Notes: generated by a model from the letters alone, not told the origin. DNA of 64,000 nt from Vicugna vicugna (GCA_013265495.1 MU061326.1:2294001-2358000), one strand, 5' to 3'; counted from the first letter of the stretch, positions 12,230 to 24,955 are shown. Program-made: numbers and translations.

Positions 12230-12590
12230 TCTTTATGGATATGTAATTTACAAACAGCAAATGCACAGATCTTAAAGCGTATAGTTAATGAATTTACATA
12301 TATGTATATATATATTTTTTTAAAACATTAAACCAGACTTTATAAAGTTCCCTGAAACTTGCTTTAAAACAGACTTTTTTTTTTTAGAGCAGTTTTAGGA
12401 TCACAGCAAAATTAAAAGGAAAGGACAAATCTTCCATAGCCCCTCTGCACCCCCCCAACACACACACTTACATGTACACACACAGCCCCCCCAGTTACCA
12501 GTATCCCCCACTGGACTGGGATGTCTGTTACACTTACTGAAGCTTCATTGATACATCATTATCATCCAAGGTCCACAGTAAAGTTTTTTC
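12230..12590 (-). mobile_element. L1M 3' end fragments (L1MB/L1MC-like)
   Basis: aatttacaaacagcaaatgcacagatcttaaagcgtatag and tagagcagttttaggatcacagcaaaatt...cattgatacatcattatcatccaaggtccacag. Confidence 0.7.
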
Positions 12591-13734
12591 AAAATGTACA
12601 TCATTGCAGGTCATTTTTTCAGGCAGTGTTGCCTCGCTAACATAAATTGTCTAGAGATGTGCTTGGGTGATATTTTCCCCATAGATTAAGCAGAAACTAG
12701 CAGTGGAGAAGCAGGATTGGCAGCTCGAAGGAGAGGGGCATTGAAAGGACTGCCGAGTGTCTCAAACTGCATTACCTTTGTTTGTTTCATTTTATGGATT
12801 ATGCCGAAGGTACCAAGCATTTTTTTCCGGGTTTTGTGAAGACTCATTTTTTTGCACTGAGTAATTGAAGTAAGGACATGCTTGTAAACACCCTGCGGAG
12901 GGGAGCTTCACACCATTGAAGTTGGTTCCAAGGTCCCAGGTAGAAGAAATGATCATTCAGCACTGAGGAAACTGACAAGGGCTCAGTTCTTACAGTGTCC
13001 CCTGCGGGAGCCCCCCACTCCATCACACTGTCCTAATTGCTATCCTTGCTCGCTATTACCCGTGAATTCTCTGCCCTGTCACTAGTGTTCACTTTTCAAG
13101 AAACTAATTCATCATGTGTTTCCTCTGCTTGCTGATAGGATGAAATCCAGTTAACTCTATCATCTGTAATATAAAATCCAAATTTCCTGACCAGCAACCC
13201 TTCATCTTGTGTCACTCCCCTTAGTGTCCCCTGCATCGCTGCCTGGCTGAACTGCATCACTGCTCAGCAATGCCACAGCAGGCCTCTCCATGCAGCGTTC
13301 TCTGTCCCCTTTCTTTCCCTGCAGCACCTGCCCCTCTGGAGAACTAACTCCTAACTGTTTTTCCTCTTCACAGAAGCCTTGCTCAGTCACCCAGGCAGAG
13401 AGAGTTGTCTGCCTTCTGTCCAGCCTCAGCATCACTGTAACCTCTCCTCTGACCTGAACAGACCATATTTGTCCTTATTTTTTGATGTTATATATGCCAG
13501 TCTCTTTGCCACACTGCACGTTTTCAGTGGCAGATGTCGCGTTTTTCTTGTTTGGGTAACCTCACCATCTAGAGCTCTACCCAGGCAGGAACTCAACCAA
13601 CGTGTTAAAAAAGGAATAAAAGGCTACCCTGCAGGATCAAGGGAACTTGAAGCTGTTGATTAAGTCTTAAAAAGGGTGCAGCTCTAAACTGAGGTGATCA
13701 TGTTAACAACCACGAAGTAAACTCTCCTTATGTG

Positions 13735-13860
13735 AGACATACCCGGGGCATTAGTGAAATTTTTTTCCCAGGACCATCCCTGGAGACTTGGATTCTAGGT
13801 GCCTGTGGTAAGGCTCTGGAATTTGTGTGCTTGTCACTTGTCCAAGGTGGTTCTTACGAC
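13735..13860. mobile_element. MER5-like hAT-Charlie remnant
   Basis: ccatccctggagacttggattctagg...ggaatttgtgtgcttgtc...ccaaggtggttcttacg resembles the MER5 core. Confidence 0.4.
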
Positions 13861-15189
13861 TGTAATATAATGTAATGAGAAAACCTGAGTCAGGGTCCAG
13901 CTCCGTGTTACGGCAGGTGGTGTGGCTGGCTGCCCCCGAGACGTCTAGAACATATTACGTATACATTTACCAAGTGCCTGCTTACTACAGGCCAGGCTCC
14001 CCGTCCTGGTGCTGGAAGTTGCCCTGATCACTGGGAACCGGGCTCACTCCCCCAAGAGTAGGTGGGTCAGTCCCCTCACAGGGACGCTTCTGATGTGAAT
14101 GAATTCAGAAAAAATTTATTTCGCGGATTAAACCACATACACTCTCCTTTTATAACACACATATCTGATGTTCTTTTATGGTCTGGTGAATTGCTGCACA
14201 AATTGAATTCTGTGATTGGCAAGGATAATGTTGAATATCCTTTTTGAAACTCCCCACTTCCAGCACACCCTGAAAAGAACCCCCCGCCCCTCCCCCAATT
14301 TCAATCTGGTGCTTCCCCTAGGGGAGCAGTCCTCCACCGCAGTTGAAAATCTCTGGTCTGATGCCAGCTTCCAGCTGCACCTCACCGGTCCCATCCTGCA
14401 GGAGATGGTTATCCACGCCCTGTCAAGGCATGTCAATGTCAGTGACATTGACTTATCGGTATATTTCAGACCCAATCCTGGAAACAGGTTTTGAGGCAGG
14501 CAAGGAGTCAAGTCAGTGGGAGAGATGCAAAGTGAGGTCATGAGGCTCTTGGGTCAGCCGGGTGGCCGTCAGTGCTACCCAAGGATGGAAAGGGATAAAG
14601 AAAAAGGTGTATTTCATCAACCTCCCAATGTAACCTGGAGTCCTAATTATGCGACCAGCATAGGGATTTAAGACAAGCTTTCTTAGTCTTGGGATCCTAA
14701 CAATAACTTTTGAGCAGCCAAAGAAATCACTCCTAAAGTCCGCTTCCACCTTCCACCCTGGAGAAGGGCAATCACACATGACACTGTTCCATCCCAGCTG
14801 CCAGAGAGCAAATTATAACGTTTTGTCCAATCAGGGGCTGCAACGCCAGCCAGGACCGCCCTCAGCCTTAGTCTCTGGGAGGCTGCAGGGTCGACCTGTA
14901 GTCACCTGTTCTGTCAGCAGGTGTCTATTTAAAACAGCCACTACGTGTCCAGAGCTTCAGCTGAATGTTTTCATCTTAACTATTTCTTCATTACATTTAT
15001 AGTTTTTGTCTGCAGACGCTTTCACCATATGGAATTATTGGGTCATACATCCAACCCCATCTCTTATTCACTCATCTGTCTAGTTTTCATGTAAGTAAAT
15101 AGAATTATTTAAGAAATTAGAAGAAAATAAAAGCATCAGATTCTTTTCCAGGAGAAAGGAAGGGTCCTGATTGAATCTATATAGAGAAG

Positions 15190-15900
15190 CCAGTTCTTAC
15201 AGGAGCCATGAGTGCTGTTCTGATAGGGTCAAATCACTCTGGGCTTGCAAAGGGCACATCGACCAAATGGAAATGCATAATGGGCAAAAAAATGGGGCGA
15301 GCTGCATCACAGAGTTTGAAGTGGAGCTGATGGAGTAGACTGGCTCTTGCTCGAAGCAGGCATTTGATGTGATTTGAGGGCGAAGGAGGGATTTGAAACA
15401 TTCCATTATTATTTGAGAAAGAGATAATCCACTAGCATAGTTGATCACGTTAGTAAGTTACATTTGTGAGCTGTCATTCAACTGGTAAAGAAAATCCAAA
15501 AGAAAGCAGTGATTTGCATAGACAGAGTCTGATAAAGAATTAGGTGGGGAAACCTTAGGAGCTTGGATTACGGCTTGGATGGAAGAGGAGAAGGATGAGG
15601 TGGCTCTGGGCAGCCAGGATGTAGCCCTCATGCTCTGCATGTCAGACAGTGGGCATGAATATTGGAGGAGTCCTCGACAGCAAAACCCAGGCTGACTTGG
15701 CCAATTCAAAAATTACAGCTGTAGTTACAGTCTGTTTGTCCTATGTAGACAGACTTTAGGAAGGGGTAATGAAAACTTTTGAGCAATCAACGCTTCAGAA
15801 ACAAAATCGACTGCTCTATGAAATTAATGTTTTGCAATTGGAAGTATTTAAATAAGGACTAGACAACTCACTCGGAAATGCTGAAGAAAGGCAGACCAAC
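15190..15900 (+). mobile_element. CR1/L3 LINE reverse-transcriptase fossil
   Basis: Degenerate translations (LGAWITAWMEE resembling CR1 LxWIxxWL; NIGGVLDS resembling DDTKLGGVxD) appear in the order expected for CR1 RT. Confidence 0.45.
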
Positions 15901-17474
15901 ACTGAGCAAAATGGCTTCCCAAGTTTTCCAACAACTACTTTCCTGTGAACACCTAGAGGTGTTCATTTTTTGGTACAAGTGAAGACATTCTATCTTATCT
16001 CTTAAATTTCCTGGTGTTCAATTGTGTCACTCTTTAGAATTTATTCTGATCATTTTATAAAATCTAATTTTGTTATTGTGTATATTTTAGGACCCTCCCC
16101 ATTTGATTTTTGCAAGCCCGTTTCCTTCAACCGAGTAATTGATAGTATTGTTGATTGCACAAATGTATTATGCATAATGAAGAAATTGATAACAACTATT
16201 ATCAATAGAATATTATTGATAATATGATAGAAATATATCATAATATACAACTGAGAAGTTGGTAATGTTGTTGGAAAAAATCGTGTTGAATACAGAGCCA
16301 GTTTTCATGCCAACACACATCTCCTTTAAAGTCATCTCCATTCACCCATCTGTTTACTGAGTCACCTTACGGAACTGATGTACATGTCACACAGCCTTTT
16401 CTCAAAACCGAATACATTTTTCTTCTCTCCCATCTTCTCAAACTTTCCCCATCACCATTATCCTTCAAATATTACCAGGAATAAATCAACAATCTATTTT
16501 GCAATTTTCCTTCTTGCCTCTTCCATCTGTGTGACCCCCCATGGCCCTTTAATGGATGATAATCAATTATTTGAGCTTCATCTTAATAAAAATTTCATCA
16601 GAGCAGCCCTTGTTGTTTTCAGTGATTTCTGGAAGCCTAAGTTTATTTTCTACGTGGGTCTTCTTAATATAACGATCAGAAATTACAGAAAACTCTTATC
16701 TTTTGTCCTGAGCCCTGTTTAGAACAAAAATTCCTAATACCTAAATTTACAGAAGTGCTGAATCGTAGTTGGCACAATTGGTTTCTTGGGGTAATGATAA
16801 CAACAAATATGATCAAATAATTTTATTCTTTACAAACATCTGCTATACATTAGTTGTTCCCACATACTTAAGGGGCAGAGAATCTGAAAAGTTATGTCAT
16901 TCTTTTACAGGGCGCCATGAGATATTTAAGTCTATAATACAAAGCAAAATCAGTTGTCACTAAACACATTAGATATTATGCATATGAAATAACAGGTCAT
17001 GTGCACAAATACTCATGGAAAAAGTTATTTTATCAAGCATGATCAACTGTTTATGAACTTTTCTGTGAAAAATAATTTACTACTGATTCCATCAAGATAA
17101 CAGCATTTTGCAGGAAAATTGGAGCATATATGTTACACATTTTTCTTTGAAAATATTTAAGGGACTTCCATGGGAAAAAGCCTAAAATTTTTCACATAGC
17201 CTCCATATTTTATGAAGATGTTACTGGACTCATACAGCACAACATTATTGAATTTAAGTATCACAACCTGTTAGATTAATGAATGTCTACCCCAGTACCC
17301 GAATCAGAAAACCAATGAATCAGGTTGTTAAATAATCTGTTCCAATATGATACCAGAGCTGAGATTCTTGCTATACAACAGCCCTTCTCATATTTCTTCT
17401 TCATTGAGATCATCTGTAATCAGACAGTCAGAATTATATTTTTGAGCGCTTCCTAACAAGGACAGAAGGCAATC

Positions 17475-17715
17475 TGCTGAAGCGGTTAGGAGCGCAGACT
17501 CTGCAGTCAGGCTGCTTGGATTTAAATTCCAGCCCTGCCACTTATCACCTGGGTGATCTTGTGCAAGTAGCTTCATCAAGTCTCGACATCAGTATAGAAT
17601 CATAAAGCAACAGTCGCTACATCATAGAATCGTTGTGACTATTAAATAAGGTAATCCTTATAGAGGATTTAGCACCATGCCTGGCATAAAATTAGTCTCC
17701 AGTAAATGTCACCCA
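17475..17715 (+). mobile_element. MIR SINE (near full length)
   Basis: ggttaggagcgcagactctgcagtcaggctgcttggatttaaattccagccctgccacttatc...ttagcaccatgcctggcata. Confidence 0.8.
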
Positions 17716-20700
17716 ACAATGGAGTTTCCATCATTTTCTGTGGCATACTGTGGGCTCCTTATTTTTCTCTTTAACTGTTCCATCTGACTTTTGTGTAACT
17801 TGAAGTTCATGACCCAGTGTATCCAAACTCTTCCTCCCTGGCTATCAAAAATTTCAAGATACACAGATGCATTTTCTCAGTCCGGATCCTCTCCACTTCT
17901 CAGCATCACCTGATTTCCAGGGAGCAGTGTGCAGGTACAAGCAAGAGCTAAGAAAGTCAGGACATGCCAGAGGCTATGCTTTCGCAAGACTAACATTTCC
18001 AGGTGTCCTAAGGGAGAGCTTCTCCATCCCTCCTCAGCCTTTCCTCTGTGTCAATTTTGTATCTGCATGGGAACGTCATTATTTATTGCCTCCTTCTGTA
18101 AGTGTCACCTATAAGACCAGCCTCTCAATGACACGTGATCCATCATTTGAATCTGATCCATCTTTCCAAGTGGAATTCCAACCTGGACCTTCACTCACTC
18201 TTGTCCAGACCTATAAAGAATGCTGCAAGGGAATTTCAGATTTAGTGCACGTTGACCCAGACTTTGTAGAATCTCACTGCTAGATCTCCTACATCTGAGT
18301 TTTGCCTTGGTGTTGAGACATTCTTTAAGATAAGACATTTTCCTTCTCATCTGGATGAATATTTTTCATTAAGCCGGACCACCCTCAGCCCCCTTTTCCA
18401 ATTAATGTGAAATATTTTTCTACCCCAGATGGAACTGATGGTCCCAGGAGAGAATGAATTCTCATTCTTAAAAGGGTTCAAGCATGGAATTATCTTCAGC
18501 TATGTAAGATGGAACAAACTTATAAATTCTATATATTTCCAAGGAGATCAATTAATTTTCTCACTCACTTGTTCATTTGTTCATTCACCAACCAAATACT
18601 ACTTAACCAGAAATAAAAGAGGACGTAGCTCTTGGGAAAATTAGCAGGAAAGTGCATCGAGTTCAAAAGTGGTTACTGGGAAAACATGGGGCTTGAGGGC
18701 AAAACAGAAGCCATTGGGTTGACGAGAAAATGTAACTTCTTTAGCTTCCTCCTCTCCTCTCTGTTTCTCTTGCATCTTTGATGAGGTTCAATTGCCCAAA
18801 AATCAGAAAAGCTGAAAACTTCAATCTTCTTTTTTCTTTCTGTCTTTTAAAGAACACAGCCTGAAAGGGATCATGACAAGGAAAAGTCATAAAATCATAG
18901 ATTCTAAAAATGTCAAGGAACTTCGGGGTCATCTCATCCATGCACGGAAATGGAATGCTCTGTGTATCAGCAGGATGAGACTTTTTCTAATATCCTTTTT
19001 GGGGAATTATTTAGAATGTGAGGTTGAAGTGTTGTGGCTATCTGTGTTTTTCTCATTAAAAAAAGATTAATGTATCCCATTTTCTTAGAGTTTCTTATTT
19101 TTTTCTTCCACGTAAAGATAGCTGAGTGAGAAGGACACCGTGTCTAAGAGCAATGCTTCCTGTTGATCAAGATCAACCTCCCTCTTTTGAAAGGATCAAG
19201 AGAGGCATTTCTTCTTGAAGCACAGAATGATTCTGGATGATCCGTCAGATGCAGTGGTGGCTATCACTGGGAGTCTTCTCTGGGGACACGTGGTACCTGG
19301 GAGGCCAACAGACAGGTACGCCTGAAGGTTTGCAGAGGGGTTGGCAACCAAGAGAGAGATGGGTTCCCATTGATGGAGGAGCAGAATGTCAAAGGAGATC
19401 CGATCATCAGGCAACTGACAAAAACCATTCCCTATGTTCCATTAAATTGAAAGCAGTTGTGTCTCACTGAGAAAAATAAGCAATTATCTGGTTCTTTACG
19501 AGGGTAGGCAAAGGAACCCTCGGGCCACATTCTAATGTTATTGTCTGAAGGAGGAACCCTATGGAAATCATAAATCAACAAATTTCATGGTTAAAAAATA
19601 TCTAATTTCATGCCTATTTACATTTATACAAATATCATATTGAAACTATGAAATACAGCTAGCATTGGCACACCCAGAGGCTCCTCTTAAAATTCTTTGC
19701 ACTGTTGGCTTCTATGTGATTTCCTCAGGTGGCTGAGACACAGCCATGGGAAAACGCCATTTAAAAATTTCTTCTAGGCGTTTTCAACTTTGTAGTACAG
19801 ATTTGACTATTTTCACATCAATTCGGACACGGCTCTCTTTGTGATACTGTAATAGCGAGCCACATGGTCTGCATACCTGAGTCCTCTCCTGAGCAGACGT
19901 TCTGCAGCCTGAGTGTCTCCAGGCCCTGGAGTCCAGCAGTAATGATGTGGTTGATGTGGCCCAGCCTCCGCCAGCAAAAATCCTTTAGCCCAAGGACTCC
20001 GTGGGATTTCCTACACACCTTGATGGATGTCTAGAATATTTTGGTCTATTTCTTCTACCCCTTGGTGTCCACTGCTTTTTTCATTACCCTCCAGACCCTG
20101 TTTGTCTCCCAGTGAAATCCACTGCTCCTGTCCCTTTGAGGTCTCAGGGTGATAAACTTCACTTCATTTGTGTTGTTGGCACAGTGCTGTTTTGTTCTGC
20201 CACAAACATCACAGCTGTGACCTCGGGGCTCACCTTACTTGCTATTGCATACTCTGGTACTAGCCCCAAAAGGTGGAACCTTTTACCCCCTCCCACCACC
20301 ATGTCTGGTAGATGCTTGATTGTTTTTTCTTTACAGGAAAGAGCTAGAAGTCAGTCAGGTTCATGTGTCCTGTGACACCCAATTCTCCTTCCTCACTAAT
20401 CATCAGTCATTGAGCCTCTCTCCCTTTAGGATGGGAGTCTTTCCTTCTAGAAATGCCGCTGGGGAGACTGAGGTAGTAGTTTCCCCTATGGCCTCTCAGG
20501 CTAGATTCTAGGGAGGACACATGAGCCTTTCCCATGGGGCCTTAATATTGCAGATTAGCTCCAGGTATAACCCAGTCATCCAGGTACACCTGGATAGATG
20601 TCCATACATCTAACACAGAGGGTCACAACTTGAAGAACTCTAACTGACTTCCTGGTTGAGTTGTGCTGTCTCAACAAATTTTCTTAGGCACGGATGATGA

Positions 20701-21684
20701 TTTTTGAATTAAAAAAAAAATTCCATTATATTTTAGTAAGCTGGGGTATGTCTCACCAATTTGCCCCAGGTCCCACTATTCCCTATTGCTTATACCTTTT
20801 TATTACCAGGCATTATTACTTGTCGACATTCTTCTGGTCCATGAAACATTTCCATTTCCAATGCTGGCTTTCATTTCTGCTCTGAGGCCCTGCTAATTTA
20901 CATAACAAATGTAGGCTAAGGAAAGAGCACAGTGTTTGGCACATATAACGTATTTAATGCATATTAGGTGCCTGGCTGAGTTCATGAAGGAAGAGGACTT
21001 GTATTCTTTTAGGCTATATAAACAGATCATCAGAAAATAAAATGTCTTCATTTTCTATGGCTAGCAAGAGCCAGAAGAAAACAGTCAAATTTTCATGCAA
21101 TTTCTGGTGGTACCAGGAGATCCAATGGAAAGAAGCCACACAGCTGTAGTCTGGGAAGGATTCTGAGTTAAAACAAAAACAAAAGCGGAAACAAAAGGCA
21201 TCGATTTCCTAATAGCAGAGAGCAAAGGATCTTTCCACAGATCATGAACACGAGGGCCACACACAGGGGCTGAGGAGCCGGGCAAACTGGGCTCCGTGGG
21301 GGGAGTGCCTCATCCTTTAATGGACCCTGCATTCTGCAGGCACTGCTCCTTGGCAGTGTCCTCAGACCTGCAAGCAAGGGGGCAGCGGTTCCTTGCTGTG
21401 TAAGAAGCCAGTTCCCTGATTTGGGTGATTCATCGTCCCTGAATCTAATGCTTCAGCAGTTGTGACAGCAGGGACAACTGCAGGACCACTGTCTGTGGTT
21501 CTAAGTGTCCTACCTGTTCGTTCTGACCCTCCAGTTAAGAACAGGATGATGGGGTAGGGGAGAAGGTGGCCAGCCAACAAAAAGACCACAGGATAGGAAC
21601 TAAGACCTAAAATGATTGGCGAATTTCAAGGGAAAATGACATGATATTATGAAATAGGCTTAAGTCTTTCTTACTTACTGATCA

Positions 21685-21895
21685 GATAATTACATAGAAC
21701 TTAATATGTGCCAGGCACTGTTCTAAGCCCTTAAAAATATCAACCTTCATCATCACAACAACCCTGTGGGGTAGCTGTAATTATTATTCCCATTTTTCAG
21801 ATGAGGAGATTGAAGAACAGAGAGGTAAGTTAACTTTCCCAGGGTCACACAGCTCGAACTGATGGGATCAGGAAAGGAATCACTGTAGTCTGTGT
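21685..21895 (-). mobile_element. MIR SINE
   Basis: atgtgccaggcactgttctaagc...cacaacaaccctgtggggtag...cccatttttcagatgaggagattgaag...agggtcacacagct. Confidence 0.8.
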
Positions 21896-22262
21896 GCTTA
21901 ATTAACCAACACCCTATGGCTTTTTTCCCAGAGAGGTTCCAGGGCTGGTTGACAGAAGGAGCGGTTAGTAAGGTTCAGGAGGGAGTGGTCCTTCTGCAAT
22001 AGGACTTCTTGATTTCTCGTGCCACACTCTTGCAGTCTTCTTCAAAAATGAGAGAGGTAGCGGACTGCTCTCCTCTTCTCCCCACTTTACTTGACTCTTT
22101 ACCCTGCTGCCTCCTTTATTCCTCTTCCCTCCTTGGCTGGGTGTGGCCACTTAGGTACCAATATTTATACTTATACCAATATTACCAATGATATTTATAC
22201 CAATATCAGAAATATTCTGGAGTTCCCTGGAGGGAAGACCTGAATTAAGAATTATGAAAATT

Positions 22263-22442
22263 GAGGAGGGAGGATGTAGCTCAGTGGTAGAGCACATACT
22301 TAGCATGCACAAGGTCCTGGGTTCAATCCCCAGTACCTCCATTAAGAAAATTAAAAAATCTAATTATCTTCACCCCCCAAAAAAACAAAACAAAACAAAA
22401 CAGCCAAACAAACAACACAAAACCGAACTAAAAAAATGATGA
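22263..22442 (+). mobile_element. Vic-1-type camelid tRNA-derived SINE with 16-bp TSD
   Basis: A-box tagctcagtggtagag, B-box ggttcaatccc, A/C-rich tail; TSD aagaattatgaaaatt at 22247-22262 and 22443-22458. Confidence 0.92.
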
Positions 22443-22464
22443 AAGAATTATGAAAATTAGATTC

Positions 22465-22620
22465 TAGCTTTTACTCTGCCTCTAAGCAGCTGTGTGACCT
22501 TTGGAAAAATCACAACCTCTCTGGACTTGTGAATCTTCACCTGTAAAGAGAAGAGTCCGGAGTAGAATGACGCTGAGCTTTCGTAGAGTTCAGATACTCC
22601 ATGATTCTATGATGTAAACA
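22465..22620 (+). mobile_element. MIR SINE fragment
   Basis: ctagcttttactctgcctctaagcagctgtgtgacctttggaaaatcacaacctctctgg. Confidence 0.6.
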
Positions 22621-22782
22621 AGCCAAATATTTTAGCAAATGTTCCTAAAATGTTGATAAAACAACTTAAATTGACTGTGTTCATCTCAGCTCCGTGCATT
22701 TCGAAAACAAGCTTTTCCCTCGTTTTTTTTGTTTGCACTCTTGTTTTTTTGTTTATATAAATGTTCTTACTTGTTACCGCAG

Positions 22783-22785
22783 GAG
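22783..22785 (+). other. Candidate 3-nt microexon (GAG), host unknown
   Basis: Long T-rich tract then ttcttacttgttaccgcag|GAG|gtaagg: back-to-back consensus acceptor and donor. Confidence 0.25.
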
Positions 22786-23764
22786 GTAAGGCGTGCTTCC
22801 TCCTGCCTGATCAGGTTTTACTTTGATTGTATTATTTGATATTCTGTGACATTATTTTATTGCAGTTGGAATGTCATAATACAAATCAGAATAGTCCAAA
22901 ATAGTGCAGAGGCTGTCAAGATTTTCTTGAGGAAATTCACAGGAACTTCCTGTATTTTCACAACCGTTTAGCATATGCCAGATGGAGAAAATAATGCATT
23001 GCTTCCCGAGGAAGTGGGACATTTAGGAAGGCGCGTTGTCACACATTAAAAAGACTATCTTTTATCTCTGAGCATCCCATGGGTCTAGGAAGGGGAAATG
23101 GCTGGGGATCTGCAGGGCTTTTGTGGCGGGAGGAAGTCACTGGATAAACTGGAGAAGACTCATTTCAGCTCTTTAATGTGTAAGTGCTCTTCAAGGTGTG
23201 GTGGGACGTAAAGAAACAGGCCCCCTGCCCGGCTTAAAGAGATTAGGCCTCTAGGAAAAGCAAAGGGAAGGCTGCGGGTTAAGCTCTGTGCTGATAGGGA
23301 AATTGAGAGTGTCCAGGCCAGATCAGTAGCTTTGAGGGCTTCTGTGTCTGAAGCCACTGGCACCTTATAAAACTCGGAAACCAGACTGCTTGGCTCGGAG
23401 AATTCCTGTGGGGTCTGGCCACCATCTTCTGCTTTGGTTTCTGATCTGGTTATCATCTCAAGACTCGAGGCCAGGATCCTCCCTCCCTGGCCAGCCCTCT
23501 GCGCGGAACTACTTGAAAGTTGCCAGGCCTCCCTGTGGGGCCCTCAGGTCCCCTGTGCCGATGGTCTCTCCTCAGTCCCATGCCAAGTGGTGCTGCCCAC
23601 CATCCGTGATCCCTCTTCTTCTCACAGCTCACATTCAAGCCTCAGAAAACCCCCTGCCCCGCGAGACACCAGGGGAATCCGACCACCTCTCCCCCTCCAC
23701 TGCTCCTCCTGGGACCAAAGCCACCATCACCCCCTGAACTGGTTTTCCCTGCTGCCCCTTCCAG

Positions 23765-24348
23765 GGAGCTGTTGCCCCCAACAAGCCTCCCTTCAACTTG
23801 GTGGGGTTAAAACACCACCAATTTTATTGCTCCTTGTAATTCTGCAGGGTGGGCTGGGGCTCAGCTGAATGGTTTTCCTGTCGGTCTCCTTGGGGAAGGG
23901 GGGTTCTCTCCTGTGGCTGCATCAGGTGGGGGCCAGATGGAGCTGGAGCATCGGACAATGTTCGATTCTTTCCCCTCAGCTCGTCTTGGGTTCCTGTACT
24001 CAGCTGGGATGATCTCAGCTTCTGTTTCTCGTCCTGTAACCCAGGGCCTCTCTCTCCACATGCTCCTTTCCCATGGGCTCTGCAGCCTGGTGGCCGGACT
24101 CCTAACATGGAGTCTTAGGGCTCCCAAAGATGCCAAGGCCAAAGCCGCCGGCCTTCAGAAGCACGGTGTGACCTCCACCATGTACTTTGGAGAGAGACAG
24201 TCCCAGATCCAGTGGGAGGGACTTTGAGAGGGTGTGGCTTCTGGGGGCGTGGCTCCGGGAGGACCGCCTATGGACCCTCGAGGCCACACTCCCTGCGATC
24301 CGTGCCAGGCCCAGTGGGAGAAAGATCTTGTTACAAGTGTGACTATAC
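23765..24348 (-). mobile_element. MLT1 (MaLR) solo LTR
   Basis: caacttggtggggttaaaacaccacc, ttttattgctcc...attctgcaggg, ggggctcagctgaatggtt, ctctccacatg...cccagatccagtgggaggga follow the reversed older MLT1 layout. Confidence 0.65.
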
Positions 24349-24559
24349 ATCAATTAAAAAAAAAAAGTGTCAGACCACACTTCTCTGCTCGTAACTCATC
24401 AATGGCCTCTCTGGTCACTTTGAGTAGAAGCCAAAATCTTGACAGTGGTACCCAAGGTGCACCCATCCACCTCGCTAACTCTCTGACCTCACGCCTTCCC
24501 CCTCTCCCCTCTTGCTCTGCGCCGGCCTCCCTCTGGACCCTGGTGCTCTCCAAAATTTG

Positions 24560-24955
24560 CCGGGCTTGGCCTCAGGGAGCACTTAGCCTCCAATATTCCC
24601 TGACTTCCCCCTTCTCCACCCTTAAGCCTTCACTCAGACATCACCTGCTCCCTGTCTTCCCCCGCTGCCCATCTGAAATTGTAATGCCACCCTTCCTGTC
24701 GCCTGCACCCTTTCCTAGCTTTATAGTTCTCTTGCGGATCATAACCATTGAACAGCATCTGTATTTTATTTTTTAATCCTATTCTTTTATTGTTCTCCTC
24801 ATGATAGACTAGCAGGTAAAGACAGTAACTCCGTAACAGCGGGAGTTTTGCTGGTTTAATTCACTGCAGTAGCCCCAGTATGAGAACAGTGCCTGGCAAA
24901 TAGTAAGATTCCACAAATACGTGTTGAATGAATGGATGCATGAATGGATGCTGGC
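24560..24955 (+). mobile_element. L2 LINE 3' end
   Basis: ttcactgcagtagccccagtatgagaacagtgcctggcaaatagtaagattccacaaatacgtgttgaatgaatgg. Confidence 0.7.

Noticed and set aside
20469-20482. TGAGGTAGTAGTTT, a 14-nt match to the 5' part of let-7g/i
   Set aside because: The match stops at nt 14 and sits partly in the loop of a 9-bp mini-hairpin. There is no roughly 70-nt pre-miRNA stem or star strand.
22263-22345. tRNA-like sequences (A and B boxes) here and at 28173, 31697, 34923, 37389 and 38366
   Set aside because: They lack an intact cloverleaf and acceptor stem, and have A-rich tails, several with TSDs. They are SINEs, not tRNA genes.
24234-24776. 180-aa ORF and overlapping ORFs at 23.4-24.8 kb
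   Set aside because: They span an MLT1 LTR and an L2 remnant, and no protein family is recognisable.
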